Part shown: positions 10,207 to 22,263 of the stretch, piece after piece
Numbering within the stretch: position 1 is the first letter of the stretch
Layout: each line of letters starts with the position of its first letter
IMG/VR virus record: IMGVR_UViG_3300044712_000815
Location: 64,001 to 128,000 of that record
Source: a virus
DNA length: 64,000 nt
Strand: one strand, 5' to 3'
The notes under the pieces: generated by a model
What the model was told of the DNA's origin: nothing
Databases searched by the model: none
What the model saw: only the letters and a program-made list of their open reading frames with translations
Position numbers and translations under genes: made by a program

Positions 10207-10960
10207 TTTTAAAAAAATAATGGACAATTATATTAACAATAGTCCAATATGGACTATGTTAGAAGATAATTTCAATAAATATTATATTGAAGATCAAAAA
10301 ACTATAAATATACCAAAAAAAATACATCAAACTTGGTTGGGTAGTAAAATTCCAGATAAATATACTAGGATTATTGAAACTTGGAAGGAAAAAAATCCAG
10401 ATTGGGAATATAAGTTGTGGACTGATGATGATATTGAAAGTTTCAAATTGGAAAATATTGAAAGTTTTAATAAAATAAATAATCTTGGGGCAAAAACTGA
10501 CATTTTAAGATATGAAATATTATATAGAGAAGGTGGGTTGTATATAGATACGGATTTTGAATGTTTAAAAAGTTTTAACGATTTAATATATTTAGATTTA
10601 TTTTCAGGTACAGGTCATGTTGATGTTCCTGAAGTTTTTAATGGCCTTATTGCGTGTAAACCTGGTCATCAATTGATGCGAAAATTAATTGATGATATAA
10701 AGGTTATTGATACTAATGATTTTAATAAAATAATATCATTAACAGGACCTAAATATTTTTCTAGTAAATTATTCGAATGGATTAAAGATAATCCTACTGA
10801 TAAAATTGTTGTTTTTCCGACTAAATTTTTTTATCCATTTCCAGCTGAACATAGATTTATGATTAGAAATGATGATGAAAATAGTCGTAATATAGTTAAC
10901 CAATTTAATACGGAAAAATCATATTGTACCCATTTATGGTATACTAGTTGGCAAAAATAA
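10199..10960 (+). CDS. GT32-like (DXD) glycosyltransferase
   Basis: IPKKIHQTW, DILRYEILYREGGLYIDTD, HLWYTSW. Confidence 0.9.
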   Translation: MNDFKKIMDNYINNSPIWTMLEDNFNKYYIEDQKTINIPKKIHQTWLGSKIPDKYTRIIETWKEKNPDWEYKLWTDDDIESFKLENIESFNKINNLGAKTDILRYEILYREGGLYIDTDFECLKSFNDLIYLDLFSGTGHVDVPEVFNGLIACKPGHQLMRKLIDDIKVIDTNDFNKIISLTGPKYFSSKLFEWIKDNPTDKIVVFPTKFFYPFPAEHRFMIRNDDENSRNIVNQFNTEKSYCTHLWYTSWQK

Positions 10961-10968
10961 TTAAAATT

Positions 10969-11995
10969 ATGAAATATTTTAAAAAATTATTATTAAAATA
11001 TATTGGAAAAATAGAATATATTGTTACAATAACTAATACGGGTGGTGAAATTGAAAAATATTGTTTTTATAAAACAAAAGATCTTGATGTTTTTGTAAAT
11101 GAAATTAATGCTGAAATATATTGGATGGTAGAAAAAATAGAAAAAATTAAAAGATTTGATTTTAAATATAATAAAGAAATAATACATACCCCATTGTGGT
11201 TTCAAAATACTTTTACAGAAAAATATAAATTGGATGATTGTGAATATAGCTTTTTTATGGGCGATGATAGTTTACAAAATATTAAACGTACAAACCGATG
11301 AAAAATGACCAAATGGAAAATGTAAAAGAAAAAATTGAAAGACTTGGGGAAATATGTGGAGCTGCAAGTATGATGAAAATTGGTGAAGAATTAAAAAACG
11401 AACAAGAAATTATAATAAATTACTTAAAGGTAATGAATGTTATTGAAATTGGTATTGATGGTAGGGGATTTTATTTTACTGATGAAAAATATACGGATTT
11501 ATTTTTAGAATATCGTGATAATTTTTAAAGGATATGGGTGAAAAAATTATCGACTATATAAAAAATCCAGAATCAATTTTAGATGATAATAATATTGATA
11601 TTGAAATAAGAAAATTGTGTTTTCTTTTTAATAAGTATGGTTTGAGAACACAATTTTCTTGTATTGGTCACGAATTAGATGTCTTAGGTAAGAAAGAAAA
11701 AAATAGAAAATCTCATATTATTTTTGATGATAATATAACAAATGATGATATATCTAAATTGTTAAATAATATACATTTAATTGAAAGAGATAAAATTATA
11801 ATAGCGAAAGATAAATATATTGAATTTCCTGTTGATATTGGTAATTTTGGTTCTTGGATAAGGATTTTAAATAATGAAGCAAAAACAAATCAAACTTGGG
11901 AATTAACATATAATGATAATATTGATTTTCGAAATAAAATTATAAAAAAATTAGAATATTGTTTAACAAAATTGATAGAATTAAAAAATAAATAA
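10969..11995 (+). CDS. Three hypothetical proteins (10969-11301, 11298-11528, 11534-11995)
   Basis: Tightly packed ORFs; the third has a TQFSCIGH motif. Confidence 0.6.
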
Positions 11996-11999
11996 AAAT

Positions 12000-12824
12000 A
12001 TGGATTTTATTATAGGTGAAAAATTTATCAATGTGGGAGATTCAATATTTTCAACAAATCGTGTTGAAATTAATAATGAAGATTACAATAAACGTGTTAA
12101 TACGTTTGATACAGAAAAGTTAACTGATATCAATATCGTATATCTTCATACAATGTATAAAAATCAATTTTTTCATAGAATAAAAAATTTAGACAATAAA
12201 TTTGTTGTAGTTACACATAATAGTGACTTGAATATAAACGAAGTTGATAATTTACCAAATAATGTGATAAAATGGTTCGCACAAAATGTTAATTGTGTTG
12301 ATGATAGATTAGAATCTATTCCAATAGGATTAGAAAACAGTATTTGGTATTCATACATTGAAAAACCAAAAAAAATATCTAATAAACTAAATGAAAATAA
12401 AAAAATACAAAATTTAGTATATATGAACCACAATATTGCCACTAATGAAAAAGAACGGATAATTCCATATAGAATATTAAACGATAAATCATATGTGACT
12501 ACTGAATTATGTTCAAATGGTGTAGATTATGAGAACTACATTAATAAAATATATAATCACAAATTTATTATTAGTCCAGAAGGAAATGGTATTGATTGTC
12601 ACAGAACATGGGAAATTTTATATTTAAATTCTATCCCAATTCAAAAAAAGAATATAAATAATCAATATTATACAGATTTACCAATTTGTTTTGTTGATAG
12701 TTGGGAAGATGTAACCGAAGATTTTTTAAATAAAGAATATGATAGAATAATTAATTCAAAATGGAATTTAGATAAATTAAAAATGACATATTGGATTGAT
12801 AAAATTCAGAAATACAAAAAATAA
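12000..12824 (+). CDS. Exostosin/GT47-like glycosyltransferase
   Basis: HKFIISPEGNGIDCHRTWEILYLNSIPI. Confidence 0.75.
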   Translation: MDFIIGEKFINVGDSIFSTNRVEINNEDYNKRVNTFDTEKLTDINIVYLHTMYKNQFFHRIKNLDNKFVVVTHNSDLNINEVDNLPNNVIKWFAQNVNCVDDRLESIPIGLENSIWYSYIEKPKKISNKLNENKKIQNLVYMNHNIATNEKERIIPYRILNDKSYVTTELCSNGVDYENYINKIYNHKFIISPEGNGIDCHRTWEILYLNSIPIQKKNINNQYYTDLPICFVDSWEDVTEDFLNKEYDRIINSKWNLDKLKMTYWIDKIQKYKK

Positions 12825-12834
12825 TTAAAATATT

Positions 12835-13365
12835 ATGAAAATAGGAGACAAAGTTGTAATTGACAAAGAATATTATGTTCAAAAACACAAAGAAATATAT
12901 CCTGAATGGGAATGTGATGGATTAACAAACGATAAAGAACTACTTGGATATAAGCAATTTATTATAGATGGTAGAGAATTATTAGTTGTAAATATATCAG
13001 CAATGAATTATCGTTTAGATTCTTGGTCACACGATAAATATGTAATATATATTCATTTTTTAAGTGATGATGGTATTAAATTTATGACACAATATGATTT
13101 TATTAAGGATGATAGTAAAGAAATACCAAATATAACCTCAATATCTGATTTGAATATAGAACCTAGAAAAAATACGAATATAGAAAATATCATAAAATTA
13201 TTAAAAGAAAAAAAATCAACAAGAAAATCTACTGAAGATAGGATTATAAATGATATTAGATCAAACAAAGATATATATAAACCTGACCTAGAAGCCATTT
13301 TTGCGTTATCTGTAACAATAACAGCTTTAGAAGAACTATTAATATTAGAAGAACAAAATCACTAA
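12835..13365 (+). CDS. Hypothetical protein
   Basis: ORF with MKIGDKV SH3/KOW-like start. Confidence 0.6.
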   Translation: MKIGDKVVIDKEYYVQKHKEIYPEWECDGLTNDKELLGYKQFIIDGRELLVVNISAMNYRLDSWSHDKYVIYIHFLSDDGIKFMTQYDFIKDDSKEIPNITSISDLNIEPRKNTNIENIIKLLKEKKSTRKSTEDRIINDIRSNKDIYKPDLEAIFALSVTITALEELLILEEQNH

Positions 13366-14010
13366 ATGGAAAAATATATTGAAAAATTATTAGATATAAT
13401 AGACTACAATGATGGTTTTTATATAGAATGTGGTGCTAATGATGGTGTCACACAAAGTTATACTTATGAATTAGAAAAACGAAATTGGAAAGGGATTTTG
13501 ATTGAACCATCAGCAACAGCATATTATAAATGTATTAGTAATAGATCGAAAGAAAATTTATTTTATAATTGTGCATTAGTATCAGATAATAAAACAGAAA
13601 TTATTGGTGATTTTGATGGAAGTTGTATGGCAAGTGTTAATGGTGAAAGATTGGGTAGAAACAATTTGTTTACTGTTAAGTGTCGAACACTTACATCAAT
13701 TTTAGATGAACTTAAAACTGAAATTAATGGTCTTATTGGTTCAGAAGAATTACTAAATAAAATTAATAATATTGATTTATTTAGTTTAGATGTAGAAGGA
13801 TATGAATTAGAAGTATTAAAGGGATTGGATTTTTCTAAATATAGTCCCAAATATTTATTAATTGAAATTTATAGTAAAGATTATGATGAAATATTCAATT
13901 TTTTGAAAAAAAACAACTATGAATATGTTTTAAGTACAACAAACTTTAATAAAATTGATAATCCTTTTTGGGATGGTACACATAATGATTATTTATTCAA
14001 AAAAATATAA
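13366..14010 (+). CDS. FkbM-family SAM methyltransferase
   Basis: YIECGANDG, GILIEP, LFSLDVEGYELEVLKG. Confidence 0.9.
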   Translation: MEKYIEKLLDIIDYNDGFYIECGANDGVTQSYTYELEKRNWKGILIEPSATAYYKCISNRSKENLFYNCALVSDNKTEIIGDFDGSCMASVNGERLGRNNLFTVKCRTLTSILDELKTEINGLIGSEELLNKINNIDLFSLDVEGYELEVLKGLDFSKYSPKYLLIEIYSKDYDEIFNFLKKNNYEYVLSTTNFNKIDNPFWDGTHNDYLFKKI

Positions 14011-14013
14011 AAT

Positions 14014-14703
14014 ATGCCAAATATATTTATAGTTCATTATAAAAAATTAATAGAAAGAAAAGATTATCTAAAATCAGCTTTACATTTTTTTGTAGAAAGA
14101 AATAAATGTGAATTTGTTGAAAATTTTGATCGAGATTTGATCGAAACATATGATACCATGTATCATAAAAATATTGAACTTTGGAAAGAACGAATATCCG
14201 GAATTTATATAAATGAACCAGAATATAGGGATTTAAAACCTTCTGAAATTTGTAATTCATTATCCCATATTGATGCTATGAAACGTATGTTAAATCAGAA
14301 TTTACCACGTGCGATAATTCTAGAAGATGATGTGATAGTTAATGATGATTTTTTAGAAAAAATATATAATTTAATTCGTATTTTACCTAATGATTATGAT
14401 TTCGCATTTTTTGGAACATCGTATGATATGTCACAATTAGATAATATAACATTTAATGAATCAATACAATATGATCAAAATTTATATAAGAAAAAAATTG
14501 GTATAACTAGATGTGTGGATGCATATATTGTTAGTGAAAAAGGTGCGAAAAAAATAGTTAATGAAATTAGTGAGATTTGTTTACCATTTGATTTTGAATT
14601 AAATTATTTCTTTAAAAAATTAAATATGAACGTTTATTGGTATGATCCAGGTTTTATTTCCCAAGGAAGTCAAACGGGACAATATAAAAGTTCTATACGA
14701 TAA
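14014..14703 (+). CDS. GT25-like glycosyltransferase
   Basis: SEICNSLSH, IILEDD, AYIVSEKGAKK, QGSQ. Confidence 0.8.
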   Translation: MPNIFIVHYKKLIERKDYLKSALHFFVERNKCEFVENFDRDLIETYDTMYHKNIELWKERISGIYINEPEYRDLKPSEICNSLSHIDAMKRMLNQNLPRAIILEDDVIVNDDFLEKIYNLIRILPNDYDFAFFGTSYDMSQLDNITFNESIQYDQNLYKKKIGITRCVDAYIVSEKGAKKIVNEISEICLPFDFELNYFFKKLNMNVYWYDPGFISQGSQTGQYKSSIR

Positions 14704-14717
14704 AAAAATATAAAAAT

Positions 14718-15095
14718 ATGGCAGTTATTGCGGTTGATTTTGATGGGACATGTGTTACGCACGAATATCCTAGAATTGGTAAAGATATTGGTGCTGTGCC
14801 AGTATTAAAAAAATTAATTGATGCTGGACATCAGTTAATATTATTTACTATGCGAAGTGGTAAAGAATTACAAGATGCTGTAGATTGGTTTATTAATAAT
14901 AATATAGTGTTATATGGCATAAACATAAATCCAGAACAATCATCTTGGACAAAAAGTAATAAGGCTTATGCCCATCTTTATATTGATGATGCTGGGATTG
15001 GGTGTCCATTAATTTTTGATGATAATATAGCAAGAAGACAGTTTGTTGATTGGGTGAAAGTTGAAGAAATATTAAAACAAAAAAGGTTATTATGA
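14718..15095 (+). CDS. HAD-family phosphatase (BT0820-like)
   Basis: IAVDFDGT..HEYP, LILFTMR, YIDD. Confidence 0.85.
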   Translation: MAVIAVDFDGTCVTHEYPRIGKDIGAVPVLKKLIDAGHQLILFTMRSGKELQDAVDWFINNNIVLYGININPEQSSWTKSNKAYAHLYIDDAGIGCPLIFDDNIARRQFVDWVKVEEILKQKRLL

Positions 15096-15493
15096 AAAAT
15101 AAGTATAGTTTGAAAGAAATTAATTATAGTAGATATAGTACGATAAAAATAAGTACAGATCAACAATTGAAAACGGATAAAGAAGTTAAATATTTAACTG
15201 ATGAACAAATTAAAAATGGTGAACAAGGAATAATTTTTGTACCTTGGATACTAAAAGAACATACGACTGAATCTTTAAAGGATTATAATTCTTTTATGAA
15301 AAAGTATAGAAAACAACATGAAGTATGTCCAAAATGTGGGGCAAAAGAACACATTACAACACTTATGGGTTATCCAATGTATTCGGATAGACGAGAAGAA
15401 TATAAGGATTTAAATTCATGTTTATGTGTGTGTGGTGATGTTCATTCGTGTCACGATAGAATATCTATTAAAGAATTTAAAAATAAAATATAA
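15092..15493 (+). CDS. Hypothetical Zn-finger protein with an MCP-like peptide
   Basis: KNGEQGIIFVPWI versus MCP KNSVEQPGLVFVPYL; CPKC and CVCG..H. Confidence 0.65.
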   Translation: MKNKYSLKEINYSRYSTIKISTDQQLKTDKEVKYLTDEQIKNGEQGIIFVPWILKEHTTESLKDYNSFMKKYRKQHEVCPKCGAKEHITTLMGYPMYSDRREEYKDLNSCLCVCGDVHSCHDRISIKEFKNKI

Positions 15494-15495
15494 TT

Positions 15496-15711
15496 ATGGA
15501 TGCAAATGAAATTTTAAACGAATATTTAAATCTTGATATAAAAGAAAAAATTAGATTTAAAGTATTAATGAATGATTATGATAAATTAGAAAAACTTGAA
15601 AAAAGAATAGAAATTGCTAAAACACTTACTAATATAGTAAATGAAAACGGTGAATCATATTTAAGTTCAGATTGGGTTAAAACCAATATATTAAAAATAA
15701 AAAATGGATAA
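15496..15711 (+). CDS. Small protein resembling a portal C-terminal segment
   Basis: LEKRIEIAKTL..NENGESYLSSDWVKTNILK (recalled gp20-family motif). Confidence 0.55.
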   Translation: MDANEILNEYLNLDIKEKIRFKVLMNDYDKLEKLEKRIEIAKTLTNIVNENGESYLSSDWVKTNILKIKNG

Positions 15712-15861
15712 GTTTAAAATTACATATTGGAAACACAATAAACTAAACCCAATGTCGAAATGTTTTGAAGTAATTGATGCAATAAATAAAAATAATGCAT
15801 TTGATATTTTTATGAATAAATATTCAGGTTCATATTATTATATTATAAAAATAGATTTGAT

Positions 15862-16725
15862 ATGATATATTTTTACAACAATTTTCATAATGGTGATATT
15901 CATTATTCAAGAACATTTGTTAAGGATATTATGAATAAGTTGGGTAATAATGATTATTGTTATTTGCATAATTGTGATCCAAATATATTAAGAGATATTT
16001 CAAATTTAAAGCACAATAATTCATTTATTAGTTTTGATAATTGGAATTTAATAAGTGATTACCCAATAAAGCATAATTCGCAAATATTAAGAACTGAATA
16101 TGATATATTTATAAACACTTGGGTTGGTCAAAAAGATATGTCTTATATACATCTAGATAAAGATATATCATGTTCACTATATGCACATTATAATTTATAT
16201 AAAGATATTTATGATGAATTATCTATACCAATAGAAGATATAGAATATTATATTCCTGAAATAAACTTTAATAACATTAATAAATCTAGTATTGATAATT
16301 TTATATCTAGTAATAATTTTGAAAAAATCATTTTAATTGCTAATAATATTCCACGTACTGTTAGAATGGATTTAGATTTGAATATATTAGCAGATAAATT
16401 ATCTATTGACTATCCCAATATTTTAATAGCATTAACAAATGAAACAAATTTAATAAAAAATAATATTTTATATCTTGGAAATTTAATACCAGAACCAAAT
16501 TTAAATGAAATAAGTTATTTTTCTAAATTTTGTGATATTATCGTTGGTTTTCCATCGGGTCCATATATTTTTACTATGATAAAAGATAATTTATTTGATA
16601 TAAATAAAACTTTTATTACAATTTCGGATAATATATATGATTCATATTATTTTGAAAGCAAATCAAAAATGTTGCATTTACTAGATCATAATATGGTTAA
16701 TTTATATGAATTAATAAAATTTTGA
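15862..16725 (+). CDS. Putative glycosyltransferase-like protein
   Basis: HNGDIHYSR start, NLNEISYFS..CDIIVG..SGP (GT-B/GT9-like); lies in the GT island. Confidence 0.5.
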   Translation: MIYFYNNFHNGDIHYSRTFVKDIMNKLGNNDYCYLHNCDPNILRDISNLKHNNSFISFDNWNLISDYPIKHNSQILRTEYDIFINTWVGQKDMSYIHLDKDISCSLYAHYNLYKDIYDELSIPIEDIEYYIPEINFNNINKSSIDNFISSNNFEKIILIANNIPRTVRMDLDLNILADKLSIDYPNILIALTNETNLIKNNILYLGNLIPEPNLNEISYFSKFCDIIVGFPSGPYIFTMIKDNLFDINKTFITISDNIYDSYYFESKSKMLHLLDHNMVNLYELIKF

Positions 16726-17349
16726 TAAAAATGGAAACTAAAAAAGAAATCGAAAAAGGATTTGTGAATGTTCATATTGACATTACAACAAAACAAGTTT
16801 ATGTATCAAATCATCCATATCCAACTATAGAAGAAGCAGAAATGGGAATTTTTTGTGGATTTGGGATAGAAAAAGTTGGTTGTTTTGAGATAGAATATAC
16901 GAAATACGAATAATATGAAAAATAAAAATATGTACAAAGCATTTAAAATTACAAAAAAGTATAGACTGACTTTTAATAAGTTCAAAAAGTCAGCTAAAAA
17001 CGATAAGTCTATTTGTGTTTATTCGACTGGAATACGAAATTGGGTAGCAGATGATAGCTTTAACTATTCAATCGTACTTGGAACATTTAGAATAATATTT
17101 TCAATTGAAAGAATTCAACGTGGATGTTGTAATGGTTAACAAAAATAAAAATAGTAAATAATGAATGATTTGAAAAATAATCAATTATATGGCTACATTA
17201 TGATATTTGATAAACCAGATTTGAACGGAATTGCAATTTCAAAAAAAGCGATTAATTTAGATGACTTTGAACAAATGAAAAAACGTGGTGATATTATAGA
17301 TTATGAAATTGATGAAAAAGGAATAAAAATTACAAAAAATTACATTTGA
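16722..17349 (+). CDS. Three small hypothetical proteins (16722-16913, 16915-17139, 17161-17349)
   Basis: Packed ORFs; the last weakly resembles the protease N-terminus. Confidence 0.55.
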
Positions 17350-18107
17350 ATTATATGAAAGAATATTATTCAACTAGAAACTTTAATGAAGAAACATTAA
17401 ATAAAATTTTTTCAACATTAAAAAAGTGGACAGAATTCATCCAAAATACAACAAATTTTTCATTTATAAAATTTGGTGATGGTGAATTTTACTGTATGAT
17501 GGGTGAAGAAGGTGAAAATTGTGATCATCATCCATATTCAAAAGAATTAGCTGTTAAGTTGTATGATGCTTGGTACTTTTTTAATACATTAGAATACATA
17601 TATATTGCAGAATGGGCAGGACATAAACCGGATATGAATTGTGCAACAATATCTGAAAGATTTCAATTAGATTTGATTTCTAAAACAGATATTAAAGTTA
17701 ATTTTGTTAATTATGAAATACTATTACAAAATACGTTATGTGAAGACAAATTTAATTTTTTAAAATCTATAAAAGATTCAAATAGAAAAAAAATATTTGT
17801 TGGCCCAAATAGATTACAGGGGGTTAATGATTTTTTGAATGTAGATACATTTATAAACATACCATTAATTAACACATTTGCAAAATATGATGAAATATTA
17901 CCAACAATTTTAAATGAAATTGAAGATAATAGTATATTTTTATTTTCGTGTGGCTTACCATCAAAATCTTTTATTCATAAAATATTAGAAAAAAATAATA
18001 ATGTGACTTGTTTAGATTTTGGTAGTGGATTTGATTCAATGTTTGTTGGACACACTAGAGAAGGTCAAATTGATGGAAATTATGTAAAAAATTATTACAA
18101 TCTATAA
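17346..18107 (+). CDS. GT-D fold (DUF1792-like) glycosyltransferase
   Basis: SFIKFGDGE motif; FSCGLPSK; LDFGSGFD. Confidence 0.7.
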   Translation: MNYMKEYYSTRNFNEETLNKIFSTLKKWTEFIQNTTNFSFIKFGDGEFYCMMGEEGENCDHHPYSKELAVKLYDAWYFFNTLEYIYIAEWAGHKPDMNCATISERFQLDLISKTDIKVNFVNYEILLQNTLCEDKFNFLKSIKDSNRKKIFVGPNRLQGVNDFLNVDTFINIPLINTFAKYDEILPTILNEIEDNSIFLFSCGLPSKSFIHKILEKNNNVTCLDFGSGFDSMFVGHTREGQIDGNYVKNYYNL

Positions 18108-18282
18108 TGGTACAAGTTACAACAGGTGGTGGTTATACACCCAAAAAATTAACAGATAAAGAAAAAATAAAAGAACTTATTGAACTTTGTTCTATGGTTG
18201 AATCAGAAAATGTAAAATATAGAAAAGATATAGAAAATCTAAAAAATGAAATAAATTTATTAAAAAATAGATATGATAGTTT

Positions 18283-19098
18283 ATGAATGAAGTAATTTTT
18301 TATGAAATAGAAAAAGAAAAATGGTGTGAAGTAAGATATTTAGATGCCGTTATAAGTTATTTAAATAAAAAAATAACAAACTATTCAATAATAGTAACAC
18401 CCAATCAACACACTTTACCTAATACTAAATTTGCGAAAATAATAGTAATATTAACAGGTGATGAATTGGGATTTTTTAGTTCACAAAATTATAATAATCC
18501 GAATATTGTTAAAATATTTAGATTTTTTAATAGAATAGGTAGATATGATGAAAAATTTATATATCCTATTCCACCTGGATATAATTGGACTATGCATAAT
18601 GATTATAGTAAGCAAATGATCAAAATGTATCCTGAGAAAAAATTATCAGAAAGAAAATATGATATTTCATTTCTTGGACAACCATTACCTTGTAGAATTG
18701 AATTATTTAATATTTTAAATCAATTATCAAGCAAATATAATGTATTAAGTAGTGTAAGTCCATCTTTTAGAACGGGTGTTCATATTGATGATTATTATAA
18801 AATAATGGGTGATACAAAGATCGCATTAGCACCAGATGGAACATCAGTAGATACGTTTAGATATGTTGAAGCATTTGGTAGTGGCTGTGTAGTAATTACT
18901 ACAAAAAAAGATGATATTTGGTATTATAGAAATTCACCCACAGTTTTTATTAATTCTTGGTCTGAATTAAATGATAAGCTTATCGAAAATATTTTATCTA
19001 TGGATTTAGAAGAATTATATGATAAAAATTTAAAATATTATAAAGAAATATTATCAGAGGAAGCTGTTGCTAATTATATATATATAAATTTGATATAA
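18283..19098 (+). CDS. Exostosin/GT47-like glycosyltransferase
   Basis: RKYDISFLGQ, KIALAPDG..DTFRYVEAFGSGCVVI. Confidence 0.7.
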   Translation: MNEVIFYEIEKEKWCEVRYLDAVISYLNKKITNYSIIVTPNQHTLPNTKFAKIIVILTGDELGFFSSQNYNNPNIVKIFRFFNRIGRYDEKFIYPIPPGYNWTMHNDYSKQMIKMYPEKKLSERKYDISFLGQPLPCRIELFNILNQLSSKYNVLSSVSPSFRTGVHIDDYYKIMGDTKIALAPDGTSVDTFRYVEAFGSGCVVITTKKDDIWYYRNSPTVFINSWSELNDKLIENILSMDLEELYDKNLKYYKEILSEEAVANYIYINLI

Positions 19099-19103
19099 AA
19101 TAA

Positions 19104-19475
19104 ATGAAAAATGTAAAAGAATATTTAGATAAAAATCTTTTTGTGGTAGGTGAAACATCATGTACATTAAAAAGTAATGGTCATTATTGTGTTTGTGGAT
19201 CGTGGAAATATCCAAAAAAATGGAATGGTCATTCTATTTTTTATAAATCATCAGATGAAGATAAAAAAAATTCTAAAGATGAACCAGATCATATTTCTAT
19301 TTGTATTAATAATGAAGTCGTAATAGTTAGTAATATGTGTGTTAATGGTATATGGAGTAAATATCATTATCTACAAATGTATGAACATATACCAAGAAAT
19401 GAAAGATGCACAAGTGATGAAATAATCAAATATATAGATGAATTTTTTCAATTAATAAAACAAAATGAAAAATAA
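19104..19475 (+). CDS. Hypothetical protein
   Basis: 123-aa ORF. Confidence 0.6.
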   Translation: MKNVKEYLDKNLFVVGETSCTLKSNGHYCVCGSWKYPKKWNGHSIFYKSSDEDKKNSKDEPDHISICINNEVVIVSNMCVNGIWSKYHYLQMYEHIPRNERCTSDEIIKYIDEFFQLIKQNEK

Positions 19476-19476
19476 A

Positions 19477-22263
19477 TTACTTATTAAATAATCGTTTAGA
19501 TATTTTTTTCCATCTTGATTCTTCGTGTGGTGTTAATGAACCACGATTTTGCAGTTTAATAAACTTATCGTGTTCTTGTTTTAATTCTTCCATTGACATA
19601 TCATCAATATGTTTTTCTTTATAATTTTCATTGACAAATGTATCAAAATTACAAATTAATGATTCTTTCTTTTTTCTAGATTTCTTTTTTTCTCTATCAT
19701 ATATGGATGTGCAAATAGCATAAGCTTGTTTTGACTTTTTCTTTTTTGACTTTGTTGTCAAAGTTTCGGGTTCATTATGATATATATGTGATATACACCT
19801 TGGAATGAATTTATTTTTTGTTTCTTTTTTTCTTGGTTCAGGCATTTTAAAAGATTATTTTAATGTACTAAGTTTAGATAAACCATAATATATGTCAATT
19901 ATCCTTACTCGAAGACATCCCATTGATTGAGAATTATATACGGCAGATGTTGAAGGTTTTTGGAGTAAACAAGTAATCCAAATTTCTTGACCACGTTTAA
20001 CTTGTTTAAGACTCAAATCGGTATTAAGAACTGGACCACCAGCAATTTCATCTAGTTTTTTTATTTCATTTTCGTCCGTGATCATACCAGTTATTTGAAT
20101 AATTTCTACAGGTTCTTTGATCTTTTTATATTCACCATTGTCAAGTTTAGATATTGCAATAATATCATCGGATAAAGGTTGAAATTCTTTATCTTTTTCA
20201 AAGTTTTTATTTTTTGTATCTTTGAAATCGTTAAATTTTGTTGTTATATCACTCATTATTAATATTATTTTCCAAGTGATATTAAAATTGAATCTAATTT
20301 TTCATGTATTAAAAGCATTTTAGCAATATAATCAAAAGTATTATTAGGATTATTTGATTGTTCAATAGCGATATCATCTATCAATATTTTAATATCATCT
20401 ATTTTTTTTAAATTATCTTTCATATAACCACTGAATTTATTTGCAATTTCAGTATTTTCTTTTATCAAGTCTTCATCTAGTGTTGTAAATTTTTTCATAT
20501 TTCTGTGAATTTTTTTATGTCTGTTGGATCGAATAAAACTTCTGAATCTTCTAGATCAATTTCTTTTATTTCAGGATTATCAACTTTAACAAATTTATAA
20601 GATGTTAATTCATCCAATATTACATCTTCAGTAACTTCATCATCTGTAAATTTATTAACAATATTATGAATATCATGTAATGTTAAGACATAAACACCTT
20701 CTTCTGAATCTTCAATTTCTATTGTCATTGATTCATCTAATTTATAGTTTGTAAAATTTATAATTTCTTCCATTTTAGTTTCTTATTTTATATTCTTTTA
20801 ATAGATATTCTTTATATTTATCAATTAGTTTATCAATCAAAAATTCATTATTAAATTTTTTATTATCAATATCATAAACTAAGTTATCATTAATTTTAAT
20901 ATTGATATTATTTTCATATTCATTTTTATATACAGATAATTTAGCATATATTTTATCATTGTTTGATAAATCAATTGTAATATATGTTCTATATATTAAA
21001 TTAATATTTTTAAAATCTTTTTTATCAAAATAACCACCAATTTTCTTTATTCTTATTGGTTTTGGATTATTTTTTCTTTTATATGTTATTATTGATAATT
21101 CATCTTTTATTTTGTTTATTAATTTTGTATTTTCATCTTCAATATCAAATTCTATATCTGAAATATCTAATTTTTCTAATATTTCTTTAAATCTTGTTAT
21201 CATACTATTGTTTTTCATTTAATTTTATGAATTTGGTAAAACAAAATCATTTGTTACTTGATTTGGATTAGAAGCTGGTGAATAATCTGTACTCATCGGT
21301 TGTTCAGATGTCCATTGTGGTTTGAGTGGGGTATTTATCATATCCGAATTATTATCATCGTGATCTTTTGGATTGATGATCATGTCTGCCCTTGCTTCGA
21401 TTGGTTCTTGGTTTGGAAATGGGTTTCCTTCAACATTAAACCAAAACTTATAACCATTTGTGCCATTATTTTGTATTTTAACTGGAACAACTTCTCTTTT
21501 ATCTGTGCCTGGTATTTTGTATAATATATACACAATTTCACCATCTTTAAATCCGTTTATTTGTTGTTGTTCATATATAAATTCTTCGAATATTTTAAAT
21601 CTTGTAATTATCATAATATTAATTATTTTTTTAGGTATTGTTTTAATTTCATTAAATTATCATATTCATCATTTTCAAATTCGTGTTCAACATCATATGT
21701 TCCTTCCAATTTAGCTGATATAACATCATAAAATATATTGAATACATATTCTGTTAAATCAATACCATAATGTGTAATACTACCAAAAGCACCAATTAAT
21801 GTTGAAAAATCATTCAACACATATGATATTTTATGTTTAGGAATATCAAGTTGATTTTCATAAAAATTTATTATTTCTTTTTCTGTCATATTATTTTCAA
21901 ACAATTTAAAATTTGTTATCATAATTAAAAATCATTTTTTATTTCTTCTGTTTGTGCTGTTATTTGAACCATATTACCATCAGCCCAATCATAAATATCA
22001 TCCCAAATAGCCATACTACTTTCAACATTATCTTTCTTTTCAGATAATTTTGTAATTAATTCTTGCAATTTGTTCCAAGAATCATTTGATGTTTGTTTTA
22101 TTATTAAATTCTTTTGATTATTCAAAAAACTAATATATTTAGCATTAAATGAAATTAAATCATTTACGTTTTCAAATATTGATTCATTCCAAATTTTAGA
22201 AATATCTAATTTTAATTTCCAATCATCTTCCTTTTTTTCAAATAATTTATATTTAGTAATCAT
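19477..22263 (-). CDS. Operon of eight small proteins, most with an N-terminal M-x-(I/K)-T/K-x-F-x-x-F-E-like peptide; putative internal head proteins
   Basis: ORFs 21925, 21623, 21225, 20775, 20495, 20265, 19855, 19477; starts MITKYKLFE, MITNFKLFE, MIITRFKIFEE, MITRFKEILE and similar. Confidence 0.65.
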
